Shown here in pieces: positions 26,280 through 39,500 of a DNA stretch of 64,000 nucleotides (its first letter is position 1; each line of letters opens with the position of its first letter). This DNA comes from Octopus vulgaris (taxonomy: Eukaryota), in NCBI GenBank assembly GCA_951406725.2, contig OX597837.1, positions 3,100,001 to 3,164,000 of the forward strand. The letters are read 5' to 3'. The position numbers and the translations under genes are program-made. The notes beneath the pieces were generated by a model, which worked only from the letters and a program-made list of their open reading frames with translations, did no database searches and was not told where the DNA came from.

Positions 26280-26520
26280 ATATATATGTGTGTGTGTATA
26301 TATATATATGTATGTATATATACATATAGGAAGGGCATCCAGCCGTAGAAACACTGCCAGATCAGACTGGACCTGATGCAGCCTTCTGGCTTCACAGACC
26401 CCAGTTGAACCGTTCAACCCATGCTAGCATGGAAAGCGGACACTAAATGATGATGATGATGATGATGATATGTATGTATATATGCATCAAATGATATCAA
26501 AAACAGAACACAAAGGATAT

Positions 26521-26613
26521 TGCGGTACACGTGTTTCAAGCTTTATCAACGACCTATTCTTACATTATTGTATAATCGACATAAAGGATGGTTTAAAGCT
26601 CTCTTCAGCTGCA
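26521..26613 (-). ncRNA. Hammerhead ribozyme motif with canonical core and long stem II
   Basis: Reverse complement tgcag-CTGAAGA-gagcttta...taaagctt-GAAA-CACGTG-TA-ccgca. Confidence 0.65.
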
Positions 26614-27087
26614 TGCAATTGCTATACCAAAAATTTACATCACATTAGGAAAAATCTGAAAGGTACATTTGGTGTTACCCATATTGGTAGGTATATCGAG
26701 TCTCACTGAGAAAGTATGTTTGTAAATCTTCATAACCAAATAGGTGTGTAGGGTATCATTGGACTTCGAAAATCCGTCCATACTGTTTCACCAGTCAACA
26801 TAGAGTGAATGTTGTATAGGTTCAAGTGGGTTCATTCCTCTTGTAAGAGAAAGGAAATAAGGAGAAGGAAAGATGGGGAAAAAGAGGAGAAAGAGAGAAA
26901 AAGTAGGGAGAGTATGGAGATGAAAAGTAGATAGAAAGGAAGAAGGTAGAAGGAAGAGAGAAAAGAAAATAGAAAGAAGAGAGAAAAAAAGAGAGTTTTT
27001 GATTTCATTTGATGCGTATACCTTCTCATCTCTACAACTAGCTGGTGTATACAGGTGCTTACACTTATCAAGTATCCACCCTAAACT

Positions 27088-27134
<47 letters not shown>

Positions 27135-27155
27135 TTATTTATGTATGTATGTATT

Positions 27156-27192
<37 letters not shown>

Positions 27193-28248
27193 GTATTTAT
27201 GTATGTATATATATATGTATTTATGTATGTATATATATATGTATTTATGTATGTATATATATATATATGTATGTATTTATATATGTATATATATATATAT
27301 GTATGTATTTATGTATGTATATATATATATATGTACGTGTGTGTATATATGTATGTGTATATATATATATATATATATACTCTTTAACTTTTTCAGTCAT
27401 TTGACTGCGGCCATGCTGGAGCACCACCTTTTAGTACTTATTCTATCGGTCTCTTTTTGCCGAACCGCTAAGTTACGGGGACGTAAACACACCAGCATCG
27501 GTTGTCAAGCAATGCTAGGGGGACAAACACAGACACACAAACACACACACATATACATATATATACGACAGGCTTCTTTCAGTTTCCGTCTACCAAATCC
27601 ACTCACAAGGCATTGGTCGGCCCGGGGCTATAGCAGAAGACACTTGCCCAAGATGCCACGCAGTGGGACTGAACCCGCAACCGTGTGGTTGGTTAGCAAG
27701 CTACTTACCACACAGCCACTCCTGCATATATATATATACATATATACAATATATGTATATATTGGTTGGCATTCTTTTTGTCTTGAGAGACAATGGAGTT
27801 GCGCATAAAATAGTCCAGTCCGGCTTTTACATTTCATGTCCTGATACATTTCCTGCTGTGGCTGTGTAGTCCTATCCTGGACAAACACTCCCTCTGGCAG
27901 GTACCGCAAATGTAGCGAAGACTGTTCCTGGCTGGTTGTAGAGTCATAGCTTCTTGTTGATGTCTTTTCTTGTCTTTCCATTTCTCCTCACTCTCTCTGT
28001 CATCGGTTATCAAGCAATGCTTGGGGGACAAACACACACACATACATATATATACGACAGGCTTCTTTCAGTTTCCGTCTACCAAATCCACTCACAAGGC
28101 ATTGGTCGGCCCGGGGCTATAGCAGAAGACACTTGCCCAAGATGCCACGCAGTGGGACTGAACCCGGAACCATGTGGTTGGTTAGCAAGCTACTTACCAC
28201 ACAGCCACTCCAACGCCTATATACATATATATATACATATATATACAC

Positions 28249-28300
<52 letters not shown>

Positions 28301-28911
28301 TTATATATAAATATATATATACATATACATATATATGTATTAATGGATGCTGTTGCACACGTATGTATATGCATGTACATGTTAATTGGTACCTGTGTGT
28401 ATATATATGTATGTAGATTTATACTAAATTGTCGTTTTTAGCTGTATAATATATAATTATAATGACATAGTATATTGTGACTTTATACATTGTTTGGCAT
28501 TATTTTATTGAATATATTATACTGAATTAAGTAATTTACTGGCATGCTATACTGTATTGTATTATATTATGCTGATGCTGTATTTTATGTGGTAATTTCC
28601 TTCTACTATGTATTGTGAATAGCAGAATGCACATATTCTTTTATTGATATTATTAATAGCCTTTTGTAATGTAATACAATGAACTCGGGACTTTGTATAT
28701 GTACACTTTGATGTGGATATATATATATGTATGTATATTCTAGTATATAGATTTGATTAACTATAACCTTATGCGTATGTATATTATTATGTATATACTT
28801 ATATATATGTAGGTGTATATACACTTATATGTATATATACTTATTCTTGTATATGTGTACCTTCTCTAATATTCATATTTGCACTTTATATCTTCATTTT
28901 ATACCTTTATA

Positions 28912-29029
28912 ATCTCTGACGAGGCCTTGAGATATATATATAACTCATTTATAACTGCATATTACCTCAATACATCTGATATGAGCATAATGAGATACTC
29001 TTATCTACAGGCTGAAACAGCTGTAAGAT
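28912..29029 (+). ncRNA. Hammerhead ribozyme motif with canonical core and large loop II
   Basis: atct-CTGACGA-ggcct...aggct-GAAA-CAGCTG-TA-agat; palindromic ACAGCTGT stem III. Confidence 0.65.
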
Positions 29030-29406
29030 CCATTTTATATTTATATGCATTGTTCTTATGGTATTATCTTACTTATTGATGTGTACTGTTTTATTCTGTT
29101 TGATCTGAATGTTCCTAAATAATTAGTTAATAAATTATATGAGTTGGTATTATCTAGTAGTTGATGATTGAAAGAAATCTATTCCTCCATTTTCTTATTT
29201 TGTATTATGATTTTGAGGTAAAACATTTTACCTTCGCCCATATAATACAATAAATGAATTAATTGCATTGCAATTCTTAGCATTTATGTATTAGCCTTTC
29301 TGGGTACTTTACTGGCAGTATATTGGATAAATGATATCCCATAGTGGGTTACACTCATAACCCCTATCTCACTTTGTAATTTTATGTATATATATGTATA
29401 TATGTG

Positions 29407-29449
<43 letters not shown>

Positions 29450-29455
<6 letters not shown>

Positions 29456-29854
29456 ATATATTCTCTTCGATGCTCTAATTCTTTCGTCGGCAATCGCTTC
29501 AAGTCGTTATTGCAATTCACTCCTGGGATCCGTACTTCTTCACAACTTCAAGGAACTCCTGCCAACCTTAAGAGAGCAACTAATTTTGATAAACGCGTTT
29601 TGGTTTGGCATAAGAAATATAAATCTGTTGAAGATGTCCCCGAATACATTTCGATATCAGTGATCAACAAAGCCAAAGACTTGAGCCGTGTCTATGTCAG
29701 CCTCTGCATGGTTGCTGTCACCATTGTCCTTTGCATCATTGTGATGTACAGCGGGAGACAGGCTGCAAAACGGGGCGAAGGAGTGTCAAAGACCAACATG
29801 GAGTGGCACCGTCAATATAATCAACAAAAGAATGGAGATGACACCAAGAACTAA
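29450..29854 (+). CDS. FAM162: FAM162-family (DUF1075 / HGTD-P-like) mitochondrial membrane protein, intron-less; possible retrocopy
   Basis: TNFDKRVLVWHKKYKSVEDVPEYIS...AKDLSRVYVSLCMVAVTIVLCIIVMYSGRQAAKRGEGVSKTNMEWH fits the FAM162 pattern with a single TM helix; open frame to TAA at 29854; start codon uncertain because it lies in a microsatellite. Confidence 0.82.
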
Positions 29855-30386
29855 GACATATTGCTTCTTCCTCTTCTTCTCTCTCTCTCTCTGTCTCTCA
29901 TACACACAGACTCTGCACACAGTTTCATGTAGAGGCATGTATACACAAACAAGCACATGCCCTTACACATACACATTAACACCTACACACTCACATAAAC
30001 CACCCCATGACAATCAATATGGACTAACACACCCACACTCACAAATACATGCACACACGCATGCACGTACGTGCGTACTTAATCATGCAAACACGTTTTC
30101 ATTCTTGTTCCCCAAAAAACCCTGCATATATACACCTAAACCGTGTGCTCCTTCTTCCTCCCACCACACACACAAAGGCAGTGTCCCATACACATATATA
30201 TATCACATGATCATGTGATTGAGCAGGCTGTTGAATGCTGTTATACATCGCTAGTCACAATGCACTTTGCATCGTTTTAGCTTTCTAATGAGGCCACCCT
30301 ACTGACTAAGTCAGCAGGCCAAAATACATACATATACATATATATATATATATATATCGGACGTTAAACGACGATGATGATGATGA

Positions 30387-30425
<39 letters not shown>

Positions 30426-30937
30426 CACACACATACATACATACATATACATACATACTGGATGAGCCAAAAGTCATGCACAAAATTCAATATGTTCTAG
30501 AATTGTCCATGACATGTTTCAGTTTTTCTAAAATTGAATAAAACAATATTGAACACATACGTACTTGTACACGTTGAACAAAATGAATAATAATAATAAC
30601 AATAATAATAATAATAATAACTACACTCACGGAGTGGTTGGCGTTAGGAAGGGCATCCAGCCGTAGAAACACTGCCAGATCAGACTGGAGCCTGGTGCAG
30701 CCTTCTGGCTTCCCAGACCCCGGTTGAACCGTCCAACCCATGCTAGCATGGAAAACGGACGTTAAACGATGATGATGATGATGATGATATATATATATAT
30801 TGATTGATTGATTGATTGATTCCAGTTTCAGCTTATGAGCTGTGGCCATGCTGGGGCACCGCCATTTGGTGTTGCTACTTGGTTTCACTTCATGGAGGCT
30901 TTCTAGCAACTGCTATATATATATATATATATATATA

Positions 30938-31840
30938 CTCTGCCCCTCCTGCCGTGAAGTTGGTTCATCTGGGACACCTGACAGGAAGAGATCCAGCTCC
31001 ATTTTAAAGACATCTGTATCCACCCCATGCAGGTCTCTCAGGTTCATCGGGAGGATATTGAAGAGCTGTGGGCCTCGGAAGCCCAGGCTATCACAGAATC
31101 TTGTCCTACATCTTGATGGCAAGTTTGGAGTCCTAGGCACCACGCAGTGGCGCCCAGTTCTGGCGTTTGCGTAACTCTCGATGCCAAAGTTCAGGACACT
31201 TCCCTCCAGGATCTTCCAGATGTATATTATGGCATATCTTTCCCGCCTACGCTCCAGGGAGTATAATTTTAATCTCTTGAGTCTTTCCCAGTAGCTTACA
31301 TTCTGCATAGAGGCTATCTTCTTCATGTAGCTTCGTTGGATCGCCTCAAGTTCTGTGATCAACTTGACACTGGATGGTGACCATAGCTGAGAGCAATAGT
31401 CAAAGTGGCTTAGGACAAGTGTCTTCCAGAGGACCATCATGGTTTCTTGTTCTCTTGTTCTAAAGGTTCTAAGAATCCATCCAGCCAGCCGTCTGCATTT
31501 CATTGTCAGTTTAGCAACATGTACATGAAAGGTCGCGTCATCACTCATGTGAATACCCAGGTCACGCACTGATTGTGCCTCTGGGATTGCAATCCCTCCG
31601 GGTCCAGTGTATTCCTTGGGTATTGCATTCAGTTTTGCATGCTGATAGTATAAAGCTTGAAACTTTTCAGCATTGAACTGCATGCTATTCTTTTCAGCCC
31701 ACTTGTATATTTCGTCCAGCTCATATTGCAGGTGCCTAGTGTCTTCAGGGTTCTGTATTGCCTGTGAAACTTTTGTATCATCTGCATAACTTGTGATCGT
31801 GGCTCTCCGCATGGCTGAGGGCATGTCTGAGAGGGCCATT
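30938..31840 (-). mobile_element. CR1-group LINE, 3' part of ORF2
   Basis: YADDTKV...WAEKNSMQFNAEK...VRDLGI...DYCSQLWSP...LYSLERRRER; both ends abut (TA)n. Confidence 0.85.
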
Positions 31841-31850
31841 ATATATATAT

Positions 31851-34800
31851 CTCAAACATTTTTTTCGTTTAGTCTTGTCTCCCGGTTCATAGCCACTCTG
31901 ATTTTTCAAACCTATTTTCTAGCTCACACGATTAACAGAACCTCTTTGATTTTCAAACCTATTTGCTAGCTCACATGATTAACAGAACCTCTTACTAAGT
32001 TACGGTGCACCCGCCCTCCCACCCCCTCCACACATGCTGGAAGTTCCTATTCTTTGCCATCCTGGGGTTGCTTCCCATGAAGACTGCAAATGCTCTTTCA
32101 CCATCCCTACCCCTAGTCTCGACCTATGTAAGGTAATGTTCATACAGTGCAAAATATGAAAGGCTAGTGTTATGCAGGTTGTACTGAAGGCTACTTTACT
32201 ACTTCATTACTTGCACATGAATTCTGCCAAATGCGAGCTTTCTTTTCAGGTACATGAAGCTACTGTCCACCGTCCCAGGGTCTCTAGAGCCCATGCCTCC
32301 CACACCCTCAGGGTTGGCACACTGAAAGGTAGGTCTGGTGAGATAGTCGAGATGCTTGAACGGAGATGTGTGGATATATGTTGCATGCAAGAAATAAGGT
32401 GGAGAGGAGGATCAGCTAGGTTCCTCACAGGCAAGGAACGCAGGTACAAGATTTTCTGGGCAGGGAACACTGACGGGGTTGGTGGCGTGGGTATACTTAT
32501 CGCTGAGAAATGGGTAGATAAAGTAATTGAGGTAATCAGAGTATGTGACAGAATACTTAAGATTAGATTAGTGCTTCATCATAGTTTAGCAACCATTATA
32601 TCAGCCTATGCTCCTCAGTCGGGGCTACCCGATGGACAGAAAGACCGATTCTATGACACTCTACTGCAGACTACCTCGTTGACGAACGACAGAGACCTTC
32701 CCTTTGTGGCTGGTGACTTCAATGGTCACGTTGGACGACATGCTGGGGGCTTCCATGGCGTACATGGAGGCTATGGCTATGGCTCCTCCAACGAGGAGGG
32801 AACCAGGCTGCTGGAGTTCTGCGATGCAAATAATCTTATGATTTGCAACACTAACTTCAGGAAACCTACCAGCCACCTAGTCACTTACCGATCGGGCCAA
32901 CATACCAGCCAAATTGACTACATCCTTGCAAGGCAAAAGGAGAGATGGCTGCTTATAAATGCCAAAACCTTCCCAGGCGAAGAATCTACCCCACAACATA
33001 GACTGGTAGTTAGTGACTTTAGGATCAGGACTAGGACAACCAGAAGACGACCAATATGGAGAAGAAGGATCTGGAAGCTTAAAGATCCTGCAAATGGACA
33101 GAGATTTAGGGACATATTACTTGAAGCCTTTGACGAAGTAGAAGGGGATAGAGCATCACAGGGGGTAGAAGACAACTGGACGTTTCTAAGGGACAACCTG
33201 CTGAGAGCCACTGACCAGATCTGTGGCTGGTGCAAAGCCCCCTCTCAACCTAGAATAACGTGGTGGTGGAACAATATTGTAGACAGGGCTATTAGAGAAA
33301 AGAGACAGGCTTGGAAGGTCTGGAAAAATGGGGGTAGCAGGGAATTGTATCAGACTGCCAAAAGAGAAGCTAGGAGACAGGTTTATTTAGCCAGAGGGGA
33401 AGCAGATAAGAAAAAATTTGCCAATGTTCTGCGCCATGAGGACCAAAGACTGGAGGTGTTTCGCGTTGCAAGACAGTGTGTGAGAGAGAATCGTGATGTG
33501 GTAGGAGAGAAGTGTGTTCGCATGGAAGATGGTTCACTTGCGCTAAATGAGGATGCAAAGAGAGAGGTTTGGAGATGCCACTATGAAAGGTTGCTGAATA
33601 AAGAAAATGAATGGGATAAAGAGAGTCTGCCGAATGTTGACCCAACAGAGGGACCAGCTATCCGAGTTGATAGTTCCGTGGTAGCTAAGGCAATTAGAAG
33701 CATGAAGACAGGGAAAGCCCCAGGCCCATCAGGAATCACTGCAGAGATGCTCAAAATGTCTGGTAGTGTCGGCTACAGCCTAGTCACCCATATAGTTAAT
33801 CAGGTGATACACAAAGGAGTCATACCCAATGACTGGTGTAGCAGCATAATAGTCAACTGCTACAAAGGTAAAGGTGACGCCCTAGATACAAATAACTACA
33901 GAGGTATCAAGCTGCTGGATCAGGTGATGAATGTTACGGAGCCCAACTAATTAGAGAGAGAGTCAACCTAGACGAGATGCAGTTTGGGTTTGTGCCACTG
34001 ATGCTATATTCCTGGTAAGGCAGCTGCAGGAGAAATACCTAGCCAAAGATAAGCCCCTGTACCTGGCTTTCGTTGACATGGAGAAAGCCTTCGACAGGGT
34101 CCCCCGATCCCTTATCTGGTGGTCAATGAGGAAACTAGGGATAGATGAATGGTTAGTGAGAGCTGTGCGGGCAATGTATAGGGACGCTGCTAGTAAGGTG
34201 AGGTTTGGCAACGAGTACAGTGAAGAATTCCGGGTAGAGGTAGGGCTCCACCATGGCTCAGTCCTCAGCCCCCTCCTATTTATCATAGTCCTCCAGGCAA
34301 TAACGGAGGAATTCAAGACAGGATGCCCTTGGGAGCTCCTCTATGCTGATGACCTTGCTCTAATTGCTGAGTCGCTATCAGAACTGGAGGAGCAGTTTCA
34401 GGTGTGGAAACAAGGATTAGAATCGAAGGGCCTTAGAGTCAACCTAGCTAAAACCTAAGTTCTAATAAGTAGGAAGGTAGACAAATCACAAACACCTTCA
34501 GGTAGATGGCCCTGCTCGATCTGTAGAAAAGGTGTAGGTAGAAACTCTATAAGATGCACCAAGTGTAAGCTATGGACACATAAGAGGTGCAGCAATGTCA
34601 AAGGAAGGCTAACTAGGAAGATGGTTTTTGTATGTGGCAGATGGTCAGGAACAATAAACACTGAAAATGCTCTGAGACCAACTTCCATCACTTTCCAGGG
34701 AGAAAAACTAGAAATAGCTGATAGTTTCCGTTACCTAGGTGACCAAGTCAGCAGCGGGGGCGGGTGTGCTGAAAGTGTAACTGCTAGAGTAAGAATAGCT

Positions 34801-35824
34801 TGGGCAAAGTTCAAGGAGCTCTTACCTCTGCTGGTGACAAAAGGCCTCTCGCACAGAGTAAAAGGCAGACTGTATGATGCGTGTGTACGAACAGCCATGC
34901 TACATGGCAGTGAAACATGGGCCGTGACTGCTGAGGATATGCGTAAGCTCGCAAGAAATGAAGCCAGTATGCTCCGATGGATGTGTAATGTCAGTACTCA
35001 TACTCGGCAGAGTGTAAGTACCTTGAGAGAAAAGCTGGACCTAAGAAGCATCAGTTGTGGTGTGCAAGAGAGACGTTTGCGCTGGTATGGTCATGTGGCG
35101 AGAATGGATGAAGATAGTTGTGTGAAAAAGTGCCATACCCTAGCGGTTGAGGGAACCTGCGGAAGAGGCAAACCCAGGAAAACCTGGGACGAGGTGGTGA
35201 AGCACGACCTTCGAACTTTAGGTCTCACTGAGGAAATGACTAGAGACCGAGACCTCTGGAAGTGTGCTGTGCGCGAAAAGACCCGGCAGGACAAGTGAGT
35301 CCATGACCCGTGGCCTTCTACATGGGATGGAGGCAGCCTACGTATGCATACCTTCTCTTGGGACACAAAACTCTACTTGTGAAGACCTGTTGAGGCAAGT
35401 GAGGATCAGAATCGAAATCGATCAATGGAAATTGCAGATGTGTTACCAGTGCCGGTGGCATGTAAGAGAACCATCCGTCCGCGACCGTTGCCAGCGCCGC
35501 CCCGACTGGCCTCGTGCTGGTGGCACGTAAAAAGCACCATCCGTTCGTGTCCGTTGCCAGCTTCGCCTGGCCCCCGTGCCAGTGACACATAAAAAGCACC
35601 ATCCGTTCGTGTCCGTTTGCCAGCTGTCTGGCACCTGTGCGGGTGGCACGTAAAAAGCACCCACTACATTCACGGAGTGGTTGGCGTTAGGAAGGGCATC
35701 CAGCCGTAGAAACACTGCCAGATCTGACTGGGCCTGGTGCAGCCTTCTGGCTTCACAGACCCCAGTTGAACCGTCCAACCCATGCTAGCATGGAAAACGG
35801 ACGCTAAACGATGATGATGATGAT
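31851..35824 (+). mobile_element. Near-full-length RTE-clade LINE (APE endonuclease, RT, PHD-like finger), inactivated
   Basis: APE motifs MQEIRW, SAYAPQ, GDFNGHVG, SQIDYIL; RT motifs FVDMEKAFDRVP, GSVLSPLLF, LYADD, FRYLG; frameshifts near 33940-34000 and 34455; (GAT)n tail. Confidence 0.92.
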
Positions 35825-36599
35825 ATATATTATATATATATATATATTACATATGTATGAACTAATTGGTTAAATGAATTTAAGTAACAAGAAATCAATA
35901 AGCAGGAGTTGGAGTGGTTATTTAGGCAGCAAGTTAAGCTGAGCACCAATTATTTGTACTTTATATTTCCTGTCATCAGGCTTCATTTAAAACCTACATA
36001 CATGTGTGTGTGTGTGTTGGCAAGGAATATCCAAACAAAATACACTTTACAGTCAATTTACAGAAAATTGAACTTGGTAATTTGTTGTTTTCTCCAAGAC
36101 TGATCCAAGACGTACCATAGTACTGGGGTGGAGTAGCTGATGTGTTTGACCAAAACCTGTTGAAGTAAAGCCCCAGGGTGGCTACAGTGAAAGACAGAAA
36201 TCAATGAAAGAATAAAAGACTATGTAATATATGCATCATTTCTTTCTTTTTTTTTTTTTTTTTTTCTTTAAGATTTATTTCCAAAGATAAACTATAAAAC
36301 GTTTCTGAAAGAGACATTGTAAACAGAAAAACACTTGTACAAAAGAGGAGAGAAAACAACAAAAAAGAAAGATTTAGATTTTCTTTACAAATAAAAAAGC
36401 AAAACAAACAAACAAACAAACAAGCAAGGACATGTAATTTCTGAGATGTTTTCCAAAGTGCAGTGGTTCTTTTAAAGTTGTGTTCTTCCCCAAACACACT
36501 GAGGTGTGTGGAATATAAATCTGTCCAGTGTCGGTTCCACACACACAGACTTTATATTATCAAAGAGAGAGAAAAGAAAACCGTCCTAATCTGGAGACA

Positions 36600-39500
36600 A
36601 GACTTGAAATTTGGGAGGAAGAAGAGGAAGGTGTAACTGACCCCATATTTTATTTTATTAACCCTAACAAGATAAAAGACAGAGTTGACTTTGGCAGGAT
36701 TTGAACTCAAGAACATAAATAACCAGAATCCCCTATGGCACTTTCCAAACACTAAATTGTTCTGCCAATCCATTATATTCTTTCACATCTTGGCACCTGA
36801 CCAGCAAATTTCAGTAGGGATGGGCATGTCGATTACATTGACCCCAGGTACTTGGCTTGGACTTCAGTTTATTGACCCCCAAAAGGATGAAAAGCAAACC
36901 AGCTTTGGCTACATTTGAACTCAGGATGTAAGGCCAGGACAGAAACCCAATTTGAGTTTGTGGAGAAATGGCTGAATGGTGAGGCTGTGACACTCAGAAT
37001 CATAAGATCATGGTTTCAATTCCTAGGCAGGACGGTGCATTGTGTTCTTGAGCAAAACCTTTCATCTCACTTTGCTCTGTGGTTATTTTGAAACCTGATG
37101 TGTGGAACACTGTGCACTTGTTTATGCAGTGCCAGTTTTTGATGGAGGAAATGTGTTATTGTACAACACAAACATTTGATCTCTTATAAACAATTCAGTT
37201 TGTGCCAGGTCAGTCAGCCAGAAATTGCAAAATCGATTTTCTCAGACTATGGAGGGGAGACTACTATGATGTAACTTTAAAGGTGTTTATTTGAAACGGT
37301 GACAGGGAAAAAAGTCCTTAAACCCTTTCTTTGCCATAGGTGGTGCCATCAACAAATATCATCGTGTAGTATACCTGGAAGTGGGGTGGGATGTGTGATC
37401 AGGGAAGCAACCATCCTACCAACAGACACCAATCCCTCATAGATACATCAACAAACACAAAAATAAAAAAAACAAAAAGAAAGTAGAAAATAACAAATCA
37501 GCTTGAAATTATGGGTATGTCAGGTTGTTCCAGAGGCACCCTGAACCACCCCTATTTCAATGTTATCGCCTTATTGTTATTTTGGTAGCTCAATATTGTT
37601 ATTGTTGTTCTTATAATTACTAACTTAATTAAAAGCAATCAATTGGTTCAATTGTTAAAATGTCAGAAGAAATAGTTTACAGTATTTGTTTCCAATCTCT
37701 ATGTTCTGAGTTCAAAACCAGCTGAGGTTAACTTTGATTTTCACCCCAAAGGGGCTGCTAAAATATAATATCAATGAAGTACTGAGGTCAATGCCCAGCC
37801 CTCATTCCTTCAATATTGTGTCTAAGTAAGAAACCATCATCATCATTATTATTATTATTATCTCAAGGGTAATGAACTGGTGGAATTGTCAAGGCATCAG
37901 ACACTTTTGTGACACTTTTTCTGGCTTTACGTTCTGAGTTCAAATTCCAACAAGTTCAACTTTGCCTTTTACCCATCTGGGGGTCGACAAAATAAATTGA
38001 GCATTTGGGGATCAATGTAATCAAGTAGCTCCCCCTCACCCGACCCCACCTCCCCCATCTCTTGCAAAATTTTAGGCCTTGTGCCTTTAGCAGAAGGAAT
38101 CTTATTACGTCATTCTTCTTGTTGCTGATCCCAACCTCTTACCCCAGGAACCACCATCCTGCTCCACCCCAACTTTTTTCTTTTACATTTCCCCCTCTGT
38201 CCTGTCCCCAGCATCTAAACCTCTTGTGACCAATAAAAACAAAAATTACCAATTAATTAACAGAATGACATAATTGCCAGAATGGCAGGGCTAAATACCT
38301 GGTAGTGTTTATTCCAGTGTTTTACATTCTGAGTTCAAACCCTACAACCATCACAGGGAGATGACTGTTTATTACACTGACCCCAGTAGTCGACTGGTAT
38401 CCCCCCACTAAAGGATTTGAATGCTGAAGGCATTTTCTCCAACATCTCATGAATCTGCTGACCCCTTGACAATAATAACAGTCTCCAATATAGTGTTGGG
38501 GCTTGAAATTTAGATGAAGGGGCAGCTGATTGAATCAATTCCAGTAATTCACTGGTGCCTTATTCCATGGACCCTGGAAGGATGAAAGGTTAAAGTTAAC
38601 TTAGGAGGATTTGAACTCTGAATGTAAAAACCCAAAATAAATGTTTAAAGACATTTTTCCCAAAGCTCTCAGGATTCTGCCTATCAGCTACCCTTGTAAT
38701 AAAAATAATCCTTTCTACTATAGGCACAAGGCCTGAAATTTTGGGGGAGGGGGACAGTCAATTACATCAACCCCAGTGTTTCACTGGTACTTAATTTATC
38801 GACCCCGAAATGATAAAAGGCAAAGTTGACCTTGGCACAATCTGAACTCAGAACATAGCAATGGGCGAAATACCACCAAACATTTTGTCCAGTGTGCTAA
38901 CGATTCTGCCAGCTGGCCACCTTAATAATAATAATAATAACATTCATCTTTGTGTCATCCCTACTACAGAATATACAATATGGACACCTGTATAAAAACA
39001 AAAGCAACAATAACGATCATTGTATCCGATGATGATGATGATGAATGCAAATAATAATAATAATAATAAATGTTTCTATTATAGGTACAAGGCCTGAAAT
39101 TTTGCGGGAGGGGGAGCCAGTTGATTACATCGACCCCAGTACTCAACTGGTTCTTATATCATTGACCCCGAAAGGATGAAAGGCAAAGTTGACCTCGGTG
39201 GAATTTGAACTCAGAACATAGCAACGGGCGAAATACCACCAAGCATTCCACCCAGCTTGCTAACGGTTCTGCCAGCTTGCCGTCTTAGTAACAATAATAA
39301 TAATAATGATGATAATAATCCTTTCTACTCTGGGCAGAAAGCATGAAATTTGGATGGAAGTGGCTGGTTGATTACACTGCCCCTAATGCCCAACAGGTGT
39401 TTATTTTACTGAACCCTAAAGGATGAAAAATAAAGTTGACCTCAAGTGTAATTTGAACTCAGAATGTAAACAAGGATGAAATGCCACAAAGTATTTTGAC

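Noticed and set aside
31851-32170. HDV-like ribozyme at the RTE 5' end
   Set aside because: Could not build the nested double pseudoknot by eye; only a ~48-bp tandem duplication is evident
37325-37400. Possible plus-strand terminal exon after tttctttgccatag
   Set aside because: No recognisable protein similarity or partner exon
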